Below are positions 36,612 through 50,445 of a DNA stretch of 64,000 nt, one piece after another (positions within the stretch are counted from its first letter, which is position 1; the number at the start of each line of letters is the position of its first letter). Source of the DNA: Eledone cirrhosa. Its lineage: Eukaryota. Below the pieces are notes generated by a model. The model did not search any database, was not told the origin of the DNA, and was given only the letters and a program-made list of their open reading frames with translations. The position numbers and the translations under genes are program-made. The DNA is taken from contig OZ024747.1 in NCBI GenBank assembly GCA_964016885.1, forward strand, positions 63,302,001-63,366,000. The letters are read 5' to 3'.

Positions 36612-36658
<47 letters not shown>

Positions 36659-36825
36659 ACAAAAAATGCATTACTAGAGTGGGCCATGGTGTCCCAAATA
36701 TTACTGAAGTGTGAATCCTGATTTAAAAACTTCACCAGGCAGTACTATTATGTTAGGTATGACCTGGGCCAATACTGGCCCAAATCTATGAATGTTATTA
36801 GTTATATAGATATTGTGCATGTGTC

Positions 36826-36871
<46 letters not shown>

Positions 36872-39800
36872 TACATGTGTGTGTGTGTGTGTAGTTACAG
36901 AGAGATAGTGTGTGTGTGTGTGTGTGTGAGAATTAGGGAGATGTGTATATACCTTGCAGTCCTATAATACTGGTGTGCTTTAGTCATATCAATCATTTCT
37001 CCATTTCAGTATCAATCTAATTTATTTCGGTTTTATTCTAACAATCAATATATCTGTCTCTGATATATAACTTTTAACACTTGAGTTAGTATAGCACTTG
37101 TTAAGTCCAATAATTATCTGATACTCTTCTTCATCACAGCATTTAAATATCACTTCATCAAACTGAATCCTCAGAAGTTAAACACTATATTAATATTTTT
37201 GTCAACATCTGACTTGATTTTGTTCTTCTGTCATGTTTGCATTAGCTGTTTTGTATGATTGCATTTGATGGCACATGCGGACTTGAATAGGAAGCTGTAT
37301 TAACTTTAAGAGTCTGACAGGAAGTTAAATTCTGTTCCTTGACAGATTACCAAATACAAAATTTTAGCTCAAACTTCCACCCAATGTTTGATATGTGTTG
37401 GTGGTAGTAATGTGGTAACGATATTAAACTGATGATTGTATTAAATCGCTAATTTCTTCTGACAAATCATCATAATATTCTTCTTTGTTAGATGATGGTT
37501 TAATGGTAAATAACCCTGTCATATGGTAATATTACATCTATGATTATCACTTTAACTATCATCACTTTTACTCTTTTGACACCAAATCATTTAAAGATGT
37601 CCCTAATTCTACAATAGAAAATTGTTTGTTTTAAGGTGTATTTATCCAAAAATCTTCCATCATAATTTTAAGTAAGTATCTTTAAGTTATGTTATAAACA
37701 CAATCTTAACACTTTTGATACCTAACTGCCTGAATCCACAATTAGCTTTATGATACAAAGCTGTTCATTTTAAAGTATTTACATTTATCTCAAAATCTAC
37801 CATTGTAGCTTTAAATAAGAACCTTTAAGTTCTTTTTATTGCTCATCACAAGCAAAGCAATAAAGCCACTAAAATGCAAGGGGTTTTGTACATGAGAAAT
37901 AAACAAGACAGAGAGAACACAATTCAAAGAGAGAGATATTTCAAATATTTCCTTAATAATGGGAATGTTAGTGTTATACTACTAAACTCATTGAAGTTCT
38001 GAATTATTTTGAAAACCATTAGAATATATTCTATTAGAATTATGGTAACAAATATGGTCAGATTATTATTTAGTTACCTATCGTGATTAAATTACACAAA
38101 ATTAAATTTAGACTACGATGACAAAGATATTATCTCTTCTATAGGTTTTAGAATTCCAATGGTTTCTAATAATTTTCATTTTTTATTGCTGGTTCTGAAC
38201 TGTGTATCCATTAATTTAAGACTTACCTTTTCCAATTTGAAGTAGATTTATCCTCTAATCATATTACTTAGAATCTAATGTAATGTTAATTTAATTGAAG
38301 TTTATCTGTATAGTTATTTCAATACGTTGTTTCAATATTTGTTGTTTTCTTTGTCATTACCTGATATTTTTTCTCGCTATCCTAGCAATATGATAATTGT
38401 GTGTTGCTTGCCATCATTTTATTTTTATGAAATCTAATCTCTGTCATCTGAACCTCAGTCTTTCACCATTTCTTTCTTTAGTGTTATAACTTCCATTCCA
38501 GAGGCTGTGGATTGTTGGGACTGTTAAAGATCAGTAAGGGATGTTTTGTGGTATCTGATCTGGTTCTGTACATTCTGAGCTAAAATTCTGCCTCTTTTTG
38601 CGAGGAGTTATGTTTGACAGATAGTATCAGTTTGCTATAGAAGTGATGGCTACATGAAGTTCAGGCTCCATTAACATGTCAAATTCCCTTGGGATTAGAT
38701 GAATATCTATTCCATAATATTTCTATTGATTCCCTCAAAAGGACTATTTCCTTGTCTTCCTGTTCCTGAAATATTTTTCTCTTTTATTCTTCTCTAATAC
38801 TGTGTACATCTTTACATAGCTAATGATCTGGTTGTATGTTTAGAAAATGGAAAGACAAATTATAGAAGGCCTCTTGTCATTGTACACTATTCCAGCAAAA
38901 TGTATAGACCATCCATAGACTAATATTAAATATATATACAAATCTTGTCATTGGTTAGTTTCCAAATTAACTGCAACAATTTTGTTACAATATTTTTAAT
39001 AAAATATACTGCCTGTGAATTTCAATTCCCATTGAAAATATTTAAGATTTTAGATAGATTTAGTAATATAACTTACTTCCACATTATGAAGCTGGTGTGT
39101 TAAAAATATTTTAAAGATTCTTACATAAAATTATGATTGAAAGCTGTTCAACCAATACAAACAATAAAAAAAAGAATAGATTTATATCATCCAACAAGGG
39201 ATGGTTTCTGGTGGTTTGGTATGAAAGGAGTTAAATATGATATTCAATAGACTCAATCATTACAGGAAGAATAATAACGAAAATTTGTGCCTAGAGAATA
39301 TGCCTCTTAATATGTAATATTCTCAAGGACACCATGCACTTTTGAATAGAATATTTAAAATACTTCATCAGAGCTACGGTAAAGACTAATCCAAGAAAAC
39401 ATGCAGTGGGACTTAACACAGAACCTCCTGATTGTGAAGCAAACTTAACTATCCAAATAAACCTAAGAATAAAAGTATATAATCCAATATCCTCCAAGGA
39501 TATTTGCAGCCTTGAAATGTTTCTCCAATTTTCTGTGTGGAAAGTTTTTTCCCATTGATTAGTTTAGATTCTGATTCTATAAAATAAGGAATACCTTATT
39601 AAATGAGATGGTAACTTAGATATGTTCTAGGGGCCAAGAACCTGGTAAATCATTCTCAACATTAGAAGTGTCTAAAGTAATTGAATCAATGTTTGTGTTT
39701 TAGCAGTGTAAATACCTCCATAGCCCTTTCCATACATTCTGTACCTGGTGTGTGTGTGTGTGTATGTATGTATGTATATATGTATGTATGCATACATGCA

Positions 39801-40019
39801 TGTATGCATATATATATATGTATATATATGCATGCATGTATGCATATATATATCTATATATGCATGCATGCATATATGCATATATATATCTATAAATGCA
39901 TGCATGCATATATTCATATATATATGTATATATGCATGCATGTATGCATATATATATGTATATATGCATGCATGCATGTATTTATGCGTATATATATGTA
40001 TGTATGGCTTTGTATATAA

Positions 40020-40498
40020 AATGGACACCTCTGTTGGTTTCCCAAGAGAGACCAGCCACGTCTGTCCAGTGATTCTAATCACTGAGGCATTCTAATCACA
40101 TATTCATAGTATCGGAGTTATGATATCTCAATTCAGAGAAGTGGTGGATCTACTTGGAGTGACTATCTGATCTCCAAACTATGCACTCTGTCGAGTAACG
40201 TTACTCCAAAGACACTTTGGAGGAACCCTATTTCCACTGCTTGTATTTGCGATCATATTATTTCAGTCATTACTCAAGATCATCACCATAGTTAAGGGTT
40301 GGCACATATACAGAATTAAAGATAGCAAGACTGGCTTTTAAACCTACCCCCGTTCTTCTCATTACCAAATGCTGAAGCTGGCACATTACTGCACCAGCTC
40401 CTGCAATTCTTTTACTCAATTCCACTGAAGCAGATGTAAAGGTTCAAGTATTTTGGTGCCACGTTTACGAGTGATGGAAGGCAGGAGGCTGAATTGCA
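40020..40498 (-). mobile_element. Degenerate RTE (Expander/Rex3-like) RT fragment with an inverted 5' piece (40426-40498, +)
   Basis: Minus: ELSKRIAGAGAVMCQL...SLAIFNSVYVPTLNYG...SQIQAVE..FLQSVFGVTLLDRV...LRYYEYVIRMPQ; plus: LKQM*RFKYFGATFTSDGRQEAEL. Confidence 0.8.
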
Positions 40499-40889
40499 TA
40501 ACCTGCTTGTAAAATTAACATATAAGTAGCTGAACATTCAACAAACATGTACTGTAAATGTAATTCTCAGGCAGAGTCTGTGTGATGCAATTAGCAAGGA
40601 TGCTGGACATTTGAGTTAAAGGTACAACCCATCCAATGGGCGTCCATAACAGTTTCCCTCTATCGAAATTCTCTCCTTTTGCTAGTAATGACAATATTGA
40701 CAATTGTCCATGATGTCATGCAGTGGAATTGATTGCAAAGGGACCTTAACCACTGATAAGAAGGTAAATTCAAATAACAAATCTATAATCGAAGTGACAT
40801 AACCTTAATTATGGGATACATGCTATAAACATATGTGAATATCATGTTTTCTAGTTGCTTCTACTCGAATAGGATAGTAGCGAAAACAC

Positions 40890-41010
40890 ATGGCTGGGTG
40901 GTTAGATAATTAGAACCACAATCATGAGGTTAGAAGTTTGATTTCCAGACCGGACAATGCGTTATGTCCTTGAGACAGACACTTTATTCAACGCTGCTCT
41001 TTCTGCCAGG
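40890..41010 (+). mobile_element. Degenerate SINE family B
   Basis: TGGCTGGGTGGTTAG A box, AGTTTGATTTCC B box, TGTCCTTGAGACAGACACTTTATT core. Confidence 0.65.
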
Positions 41011-41555
41011 AGTTGTGACTAGTAGATAATATCAGCTATGTAAAGACCAATGTGTCATTAGTCCAATGTGTTGAAGTGAATCTATAGGGACTTATGCGGA
41101 CTCTAATAATATCACATTTGCTACATCGTGTTAAGTCTGAGATATTTTTTCAAATCATTGGTCCTACTTTTCAACTGTTCTAAATATGATTACACCCTAA
41201 GGTATATCCTTCAATGAGAATGTCATGCCTTTCCTTCTGCCAACTATTTGTGTCATCTTTTATGACATGTAGAGATACAGTGTATTTATTGTAAAGTAGG
41301 TATGCACAGCAAACCTTAAAACAAAGTTAGTTAACAATGTTTTTTTTACCATAAAATTAAATTTGCTTTAACAGTATCTAAAACTTCTGTTATCTTATTT
41401 GACATCTCTGTTACTATTGACAACATTCATCTAACTATACAAATTTGTTCACTATAAATTAATTAATTCCTACTCTCAGTCATCTTTGTTCTTCATAAGT
41501 GACACACATATCAAGTTTATCATCTTGGTCCTTCAAATTACTATATATTCTAGTG

Positions 41556-41748
41556 CAGGCATGTCAAACTGAGGATCCTCCGAGGGCCACATGGCTCACA
41601 TATGTGTTATCTGAGGGCCACACACACATGACAACTAATTGCGCACATTTCAACTAATATTTTTTTATTTTATATTATGCTCGCGCTGTTAAAACCTTTG
41701 TGCAGGCTGCAGATGTGCTTATAAAGAGCCGCATGTTTGACATACCTG
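41556..41748. mobile_element. hAT (Charlie-like) MITE
   Basis: TIRs CAGGCATGTCAAAC / GTTTGACATACCTG; 8-bp flanks TTCTAGTG / ATCTAGGG. Confidence 0.8.
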
Positions 41749-43513
41749 ATCTAGGGCATAAATCACAGTAGATCAGCTGCATTTTCATTTTATATACAAT
41801 ATCCTTGACTCAGTATTTGAGTCACATATTAGGTTTCATAGATAAGTTAGATATAGATTTTATGTCAGTTTTCCTTTATAGAACAAATCTGTGACATATA
41901 TATACAAGCGTATATACGTCATTTGAAAATTAATTATGTAGTAAAGACTTTGATTTCATCTTAGGTACCCAGGAAATGCATCACTTCTTCTATCTGTATA
42001 TATTGTTAATGTTGAAGCTATGACCCAAGCTATGTATACTCCTCCAGCCCATCATCATCATCATCATATGTCTGGCATAGGTTGGACTTTTAAAGCAGTT
42101 TTTACCAATTAAAGAATGCTATAACCTTGCAGTCTCCACGACAGACATCATACTCATCGTGTGGTTCTTTTTGAAGCATTTCATCCAAATGCCTTTCCTT
42201 GTGCCAACTATTTGTGTTATCTTTTATGACATGTAGAGATACAGTGTATTTATTGTAAAATAGGTATGCAGAGCAAACCTTAAAACAAAGTTTATATTCT
42301 ATCAAATTTCACTTATCACTGTTTCTTTCAAAAGGACTATACTCTGCAACTTTGACTTCCTGCATTCTGTGCTAGAAACTGTTCTCTGTCTTCTCTTTCA
42401 AGGAACAAGTATTGATCAGAAACTCCAGCCATTCCCAGCCCCAAAATATTCAAATGATCCTATCCTCACAAAGCCACACTTTATTTGTAACACTATCTTG
42501 GTAACTATATTACAAAAGTGTCATTGCTAAAGTACCAAGAAACTGTTCCTTTCTCATCTGTGTATCATATATATATAATCTCTGTAATGTCTTACATAGA
42601 TCACAGATGAAGATGAAACATGATATTGTTTAAGGATCTAATGTTGGAAACATCTTGTTATAGTTGCTGCTGAGAACAACACTTAGTCACTCATCAAACG
42701 TGACCTTTCAACTCATCAAGCTACTCCACAGACTATATTCTCGTTTATATAGTCACCTTATATCATGGATCTTGTATAATGTTTCCAAACACGAACAGAT
42801 ATATTTCCTTTTCACTTTTGGAACTTCTTTAATTCCATTCCTACATTATCAACTCTTTTCTTTCTCTTTACTTTCTTCCATCACTAATTCCTTTTCTGTT
42901 TTTTTGTTTTACTTCTTACACTCATCATATATTTACTGTCTTACTTTTGATATCGTCTTCATCCTACTTTTAGGAGTTTGCTGTTTTTTTTGTTGTTGTT
43001 TTTCTTTTGTTATATTTGGGTAAGGTCATGTTGTCCTAATATTGCCAAAAATAATAAAACACACTCACTGTTTGGTTTGGATTTTGCTTCAGTTCAGTAT
43101 ATCTTTATATTTTTATAAATAATTTAACTGGCAATCAATGTCTGTCATTAATTGACCAACAGTTAAACAATTACAAATATAAATATAGTTTCTCAAAGTT
43201 CTTTCGTCATACATATTTTTTCTGTAACATCTTCAGTGATTTCTTCCCGTTGTGATTTTTTTTCATAACCTAATCACTCTTTTCTCTTTACATTGCTGTC
43301 ATAGTAACACATTTCTTATCTTTCAACTTATTTTATATTATTTCTCTGTTAAATTTAAATGGTCATTATCTGTTCATCTTCATACTGTCATTCTATACTT
43401 CCCCACCCCTTCTCTCTGCCCCATCACCAACTTACACTTCCTTTCGTTTACCTCTTTTTAAACGGCATTTTGGAGGCCATACCTTATTGTAGGTGAAAGA
43501 TTTTTTTTTTATG

Positions 43514-43729
43514 TTAACCATTTAGCATTTAAACTGGCCATATCCACCCAGAATTCTCTCATCTTCTTCTGTTCAAACTAGCCATAACTGGTCACTCATA
43601 GTGATGTTAAGGTATTGTTCTCAAAATAAATAATATCAAAATCTCATAGATTTGATATTATGTGAGATAAAGCATTTACTGTGAAAATATAATAGTAAAT
43701 ATAGAGTAATGTAAATGCTAAAGGGTTAA
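43514..43729 (+). mobile_element. piggyBac-like MITE family 1
   Basis: TTAA TSD, TIRs, body matches 1941-2173. Confidence 0.85.
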
Positions 43730-43859
43730 ACTATTCATTTCAAACTTTAGCAACTCAAAATTGGAGTGTCATCTGTGCATCTTAAATGCCAGAGAAATAC
43801 AGTATGTCTTTTGTCCTGTATGAAAGTCAACATCAATGTAAAATGTGTATTGTAATAAT

Positions 43860-44255
43860 AGAGACAGGCACACTAGGAATAGAATGTATGTTGTAATAGA
43901 GAGACATACATATTAGGAAGAGAATGTATATTGTTATACAGAGACAGACAGACAAGCAAGATTGTAGAGAAAAATAGAGAAAAACAAACTTGGAAAACTG
44001 TATACTGTAATAGAGAGAGAGAGAGAGAAGCAGACTAACATAACTATAATAAAGAGAGAGAGACTAACAAAACTGTATTTATTTTAAGAGGGAGAGAAAG
44101 AGAGAGAGACTAACAAAACTGTATTTATTTTAAGAGGGAGAGAAAGAGAGAGAGACTAACATAACTGTATTTATTTTAAGAGGGAGAGAAAGAGAGAGAG
44201 ACTAACAAAACTGTATATACTGTAATAAACAGAAAGAGAGAGACTAGAAAGACTA
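43860..44255. repeat. Degenerate GA-rich minisatellite (best units 46 bp, 44057-44215)
   Basis: ACTGTATTTATTTTAAGAGGGAGAGAAAGAGAGAGAGACTAACA x3 plus decayed units. Confidence 0.8.
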
Positions 44256-45249
44256 TATAGTTTAAAAGAAAATCAGACGAACTAGAAAAACAGTGCATCT
44301 GGACGCAATCTAATGTGTGATTAGATAAGATATATAGCAGATGATCAAAGCAACTTAGGTAAAGAGTTATGATCAAAGAAAAAACATCAAAGTGATATTA
44401 TTGTTGTATATGAATGTGTATTATAGATATCTTGGAATAATTGTTGTATATGAATGTATATAGTTAATATGTTGGAATAAAACATGGAAAATAACTTAAT
44501 GACAAAAGAATGAAGAATTAGAAGAACGACAACGATCTACTTTAAAGTGCAAAATAGAACAAGATAAAAAAATCGAAGACTTATTGACATTATTGTGTGT
44601 GTAGAGAGATAGATAGATAGATAGAGAGAGAGAGTATGTGTGTGGGAGAGAGAGAGAGAGTGTGTGTGTGTGGGCGAGACGATCAGATATAAGTGAAAAC
44701 ATACACAGAAGAATTAAAATTGGTATTCTTTAATTCAATTTAATGCCAAATAATATTGAAATATTATTAAATACTAAATTTCCACTGAGACAAAATACTA
44801 AATGGTACATTGTTTACCTAAAACCCCTGTACTTAATGACTTGTTCAAATACATTAACACCATTTGTATGTAACCTTATTAAATGTAAATACATTTAAAA
44901 ACAAATAATTTGAGAATATGTTTTGCCCAACCCGGAATGTATGTCAAATTTAAACAGTAAAAACCTGATTTTTGTACAGTATACTTCAGTTGTTTCTTAT
45001 GTTTTCACTACCAAGGGCACCTTTTATTTAAAAGAATTTACCCCTTAAGTCCCCTCCTTCCCTGCTATAATTAATCTCCTCCTAGGTTTGTTATACATTG
45101 AGAATAACAATCTATAGAGAAAACAGTTTTCATAATCATCATATGATGATGATGATGATGATGAAAACTGTTTATATTTAAAGAAGAATTAATACCCAAT
45201 AGTTTGTGTGTATTGTGTTTTTAATTAGTATTCTTAAAATGTTGAACTT

Positions 45250-45402
45250 AACCCACAGACTACCAGCCTATCCACAGATTACCCACATACCATCTGCCCA
45301 CCCACAGACCATCAGCTCACCCACAGACCACTAGCTCACCCACAGATCACTAGCTTACCCACAGACCATCAGCCCACCCATAGGCCACCAGCTCACCCAC
45401 CC
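45250..45402. repeat. ~19-20-bp minisatellite (CCCACAGACCA(T)CAGCTCA)
   Basis: About 8 units, direct reading. Confidence 0.85.
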
Positions 45403-45853
45403 CAGTATTACTTAGGTGGACTCCAAGTTGAAACCCATTGATATCTTTAGTAAAAGACTAGATCTGGAAGAACCCATCTTTCTTACAGCCATTCCCAGGA
45501 CAAGACTTGGCCATAACACTGCAACCTTTTTAGCAAATCATTTGTATATAAAATGTTGTCAGAAGTTGCTCTATTTGGGGAGGGTTATGTTGTCCTAATA
45601 TCGCCAAAATATAGTAAAACACACTCAGTTTGATTTTCGCTTCAGTATATTTTTATAAATAATTTAGCTGACAATTTGTTTCAACACACAATTTGATATC
45701 AACAACCTTGCAAAACAAACCATTGCCATATTATCATAAGATTTTAATTCAAAGGGAAACCTTTAAAAATCTGTGGTTTTATTTCATAGAACCAGAGCCA
45801 GTTGGTATCAAAACTGTTAAGTACTGACTTGGTCCATAATGACTTTTCTAGCT

Positions 45854-46089
45854 CAGGGCCAGATTTAATGAGGGACAAAGGGGGCAGTTACTTGGGCCCC
45901 CCTGCAGTGGAGAGCCCCACCAGTGACAGCAGCACCAATTTATTTGTGCTCTCAGCTGGGCTTTATTAGTTTTAGGATGGTTAGAGCTTTTAAATTTACA
46001 CGCTGTGTATTCTAATATTTTGTGTAAGAGTGGCCCTGCCCCCTAAACCTGAATTACCCCAGGTGCTCCAAAGTTTAAATCCAGCCCTG
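45854..46089. mobile_element. hAT-type MITE, same family as 53013-53298
   Basis: TIRs CAGGGCCAGATTTAA / TTAAATCCAGCCCTG. Confidence 0.75.
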
Positions 46090-46477
46090 GTCCAGCCCAT
46101 GTTAGCATGGAAAAATAAATGTTAAATGATGATGGAGATCATGATGATGCTGACTACAGCTTTCAATGAGTTTGTCATGTTCTATTTTACTATATTGGTT
46201 TTCATGGAACGGGTCAGCTGAGATTAAGTGTGTTGGTCATGGACAGAGTGGAATGACAGTAACAGGATATAAAGCAATAACTTAGCTGCTCTTTGTCTTC
46301 TAAATCCATCAACTTACTCTTTACCCCTCTTTCTCTCTATATATATATGTGTGTGTGTGTATACATATATGTGTGTGTATACACATATATGTGTGTGTGT
46401 GTGTGTATATATACACACATATGTGTGTGTGTGTGTATATACACAGATATATGTGTGTATGTGTGTATATATACACA

Positions 46478-46556
<79 letters not shown>

Positions 46557-47024
46557 CCTTTCTTATCAAGACTGAAGTAATGTGTTGGTTTTATTATTCT
46601 TTTAGACTGAAGACAATAAACGTTGTCTTATCTGTCCTGTCTCATTATTTATATCTATGTCAATCTATTTCCGTCAAACTTTATACCTTCCATATTTAGG
46701 AAGTTCATATATGTTATTTCGACATCTATTTATCTATATAGTAAATGTAAATATATATTTTTTTATCTGTGTTTTCCTCAAACTATTCTCAGTCCCACAA
46801 TACATAATACTATCCTGAACTGTTCTCAGTCTGACAATATATAATTCTATACCAAACTGTTCTCAACCTCACAGTATATAATAATATTGAGCTTTTTTCA
46901 TTCTCATATTTAATGATTGTTTTTACTCTGGGTTGTGTATTTGTCTACTTATATGCATATATATATATGTGTGTATATATATGTATATATATATTTATAT
47001 ATATATATATATACATATATAATA

Positions 47025-47087
<63 letters not shown>

Positions 47088-47230
47088 TATCATCATCATC
47101 ATCATCATCATCATCATTTTTACGTCTGCTTTTGCTTGCTTGTAAGGGTGGGACAGGTCCTATTCAGCATATATATATATCATCATCATTTCATCATCTT
47201 TATTTTGTATATAATATCTATATGTATATA

Positions 47231-47282
<52 letters not shown>

Positions 47283-47446
47283 TATATATATACATATTAC
47301 ATATAATATATAATATTATATATTATATATATGTATATATAATATATAATATAATATGTATATATAATATATAATATATATATATATATAATATGTATAT
47401 ATATATGTATATATATATATAATATGTATATATGTATATATATATA

Positions 47447-47483
<37 letters not shown>

Positions 47484-47496
47484 GTATATATATAGA

Positions 47497-47550
<54 letters not shown>

Positions 47551-47551
<1 letters not shown>

Positions 47552-48466
47552 TAGCAGTAAAGCCCGGCGTTGCTCGGGGTCGCTCAGTAGCTGTGTTAAA
47601 GTTACAATGTTAAGTTTCTTTCTTGGCTTAAAAACTGTAGTGTCTACTGTGCAGACTTGCATGTGGTGTTTTTGATTAATATTCCCTCAACCAACAATAT
47701 GCCTTATGAAGTTAAGAAAACATAACGATAACCCGAATGTTATAACAAAAGAGGATGCTGGGGATAGAAACTGCACTGGTTATTTATTAACAAAGATCGA
47801 AAATGTAAACACTGCAACGCAGAGAAAAACATTAGCGTAACCAAATTATCAGTTATGTCTGTCTGCACGCCTATATCACCTCTCTGCACGACTATCTGTC
47901 TGCACGCCTATATCACCTCTCTGCACGACTGTCTGTCTGCACGCCTATATCACCTCTCTGCACGACTGTCTGTCTGCACGCCTATATCACCTCTCTGCAC
48001 GACTGTCTGTCTGCACGACTGTCTGTCTGCACGCCTAACGACGAAATATTTGCTTGTTTTACGTAGTCTTTAAATAGACTTGTTTTCAAGTAAAAATATT
48101 GTTTTAAAATGCTTTTAAATGGAAATGAAGCAAAACGGAAGCTTGTGTTCGAACTGATGAATTTTGCTGGCTCGACAACTGTTCGTGTATTGTGTTAATG
48201 TCATTTTAAACGCTGAGAAAGCCAGCGTAATTTTTTACGTAAGACGCTCAATGTAAACAGAACAAAGGGAAATAACTGATAATTTACGCTCAAAAATCGA
48301 TACATTATATTCGATTTCATCACATAGGGTGGGTCAATTTGAAATATTTTTTTTCCGATGTCTTCGCTAGGGCTCAATGTACAAGTATAGCAATTTCGGT
48401 GCAGTTCCGTCAGAGATTCTAAGAGGAGATGTGTGCCAAAAATCGATAGACAGACAGACAACCATA

Positions 48467-48475
<9 letters not shown>
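47551..48475 (-). mobile_element. Non-autonomous Helitron with internal 37-bp minisatellite (47857-48035)
   Basis: Minus-strand 3' end CCCG-AGCAACGC-CGGG hairpin followed by CTAG then T; (CTGT)n near the 5' end; no TSD. Confidence 0.8.
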
Positions 48476-48550
<75 letters not shown>

Positions 48551-48702
48551 ATATGTATATATGTATATATATATGTATAATATATTTAATATAATATGTA
48601 TATATATATATATTGGCAGCATGACCCATCCAGTGTATAACAATATGTGTTTCAACACATGTTTTCAGATAAAAAATCTTGCAAAACAAATACAAAAATG
48701 AA

Positions 48703-48736
<34 letters not shown>

Positions 48737-49012
48737 CTCCAAGATGGCTGACTGGACTGAATACATATGTGCTTTATCTCAAATGCAGGTTCTTCAAATT
48801 CTTAATCATACATATATGTGTGTGTAAGTGTATGTTTACATCTCTATCTTTCTATATCATCTTTTACTTCTCATTCTTTCTTCCAATGAAGGGCTAGGTT
48901 CTGAAATGTTAAGACTCTTTTCCTACTATAACAAGCATCAAACTAATATATATCTTCATTGTACTGTATGACTTTCCATACACTTTTTGCGCACACACAC
49001 ACTCACACATAT

Positions 49013-49205
49013 ATAACAAAGAAGGTGGGGGTAAGATACCAGGTGGACCATAATGCATCAGAGTACTCAATATTTAGGGTAGTAGAGTGAGTAATTGGAA
49101 CAGAGTCAGGACCCCGACAGTTGAGCTCCGGCTGTTTTGACAGCTAGATTTGAGCTGTCGAAACAGCCGGAGCTCAGCTGTCGGTGTCCTGACTCTTTTC
49201 CTATA
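49013..49205. mobile_element. Second copy of the 29153 hairpin-ended element
   Basis: Same body; hairpin 49097-49201 containing GAAAC-AGCCG GAGCT CAGCT-GTC. Confidence 0.8.
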
Positions 49206-49695
49206 TATATATACATTGAATTTTATTTTACAGAAACTGTGTCCTGTTTTTTCCAGCCTGTCAGCACAGATGTACCTCAATACATGCACATGTGTGTGTG
49301 AGTGCATCTGTGTGTGGGTATGTGTGTTGTCCATACTGAATTAAATTTATGTGCCACCACAATACTAGTGATACTAAACCAAGCAGTTACAATGTAGCAG
49401 TAAATATTTAATTAGATTTTCAAATTAAAGATGGCAATAAGAAATACGACATTGTTGTTTTCTAATAATTCACTCTCATAAAATAAGGAAAGGTTGTTAT
49501 TTGAGGTTGTTAATATTATATATAATTTTTATGACAAATTGTTTATGACAATTCTTTAGTAATTTAGTAATATAACTGATTTTCTCATTATTGAGCTTCA
49601 GCTTGGAGTGTAGTATAGCAAACTTTGTTTACATAAAATACTGATGGAAAGTTTTCAGATAATAATTCTATCCAACCCATTCTTGCATCATGATG

Positions 49696-49925
49696 TTAAA
49701 CCTTTAGCATTTACATTACTCTATACATACTATTGTAATTCTTTTTGGTAAAGGCTTTATCCTATATAATTATCTCACAAAATATTGAATCTGTGAGATT
49801 TTAATGTTATTCATTTGGGAACAATACCTTAATGTCAGTATGAGTGGCCAGTTATAGTTGGTTTGAACAGAAAGAGGTGAGAGAATTCTGGCCGGATGTG
49901 GCCGGTTTAAATGCTAAAGGATTAA
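49696..49925 (-). mobile_element. piggyBac-like MITE family 1
   Basis: TTAA TSD, reverse copy of the family. Confidence 0.85.
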
Positions 49926-50099
49926 ACACTTTTAAACAACCGTTTTAGAGCAGTGGGCCACACAGCATGTGATTCATTGTAAGGTGGGCCACGCTAAAAA
50001 ATTCATGGCTATTTAGAAATTAGGCATGTCATTTAGAAAGCCAAATGGGCCGCAGTTTGCCCATGACTGCTTTATAGCAAAAAGATTTGTATCACAGAA

Positions 50100-50310
50100 C
50101 CAAGGGGCTGTGGAGTAGTTTCAAGCAGTTTAGTTTTGGTAGCAGTGGAGACTTCTGACATTCTTGGCCCCCTACTGACTGTTGTCAGGGCAGAGATGGT
50201 TGGCCACAGATACGAGACTGAGTGGCTGTTTCAGTGTGCCTCCCTCGCCATCCTCTGCAGCAGTGCATTCTCCATCCTGTCGGCTGGGACCCAGAGGTGG
50301 AGGGCAAGTT
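50100..50310 (+). mobile_element. Degenerate CRE-like LINE C-terminal fragment
   Basis: FSLVAVETSDILGP (across a frameshift)...ETEWLFQCASLAILCSSAFSIL parallels the end of the 25870-26060 element. Confidence 0.55.
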
Positions 50311-50445
50311 AATTAGTGGTGGAGGATACCCATTCAGAGGTCACTTCTACAATTAAATTAGTTAATATTAAATGAATACAAATATAGTAAACATACGAAT
50401 CTCCTTCAAGCATACAGTTCATGATATAAAAACATTAATATAGAC

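Larger units (their letters stand above)
36350..36618. repeat. Inverted repeat (~106-bp arms, 57-bp spacer) next to (TA)n
   Basis: 36350-36455 mirrors 36513-36618 with two substitutions seen. Confidence 0.9.

Noticed and set aside
46600-46635. CTGAAGA..AAACGTT motif next to (TA)n
   Set aside because: No stem II and GAAA is incomplete; cannot be separated from chance
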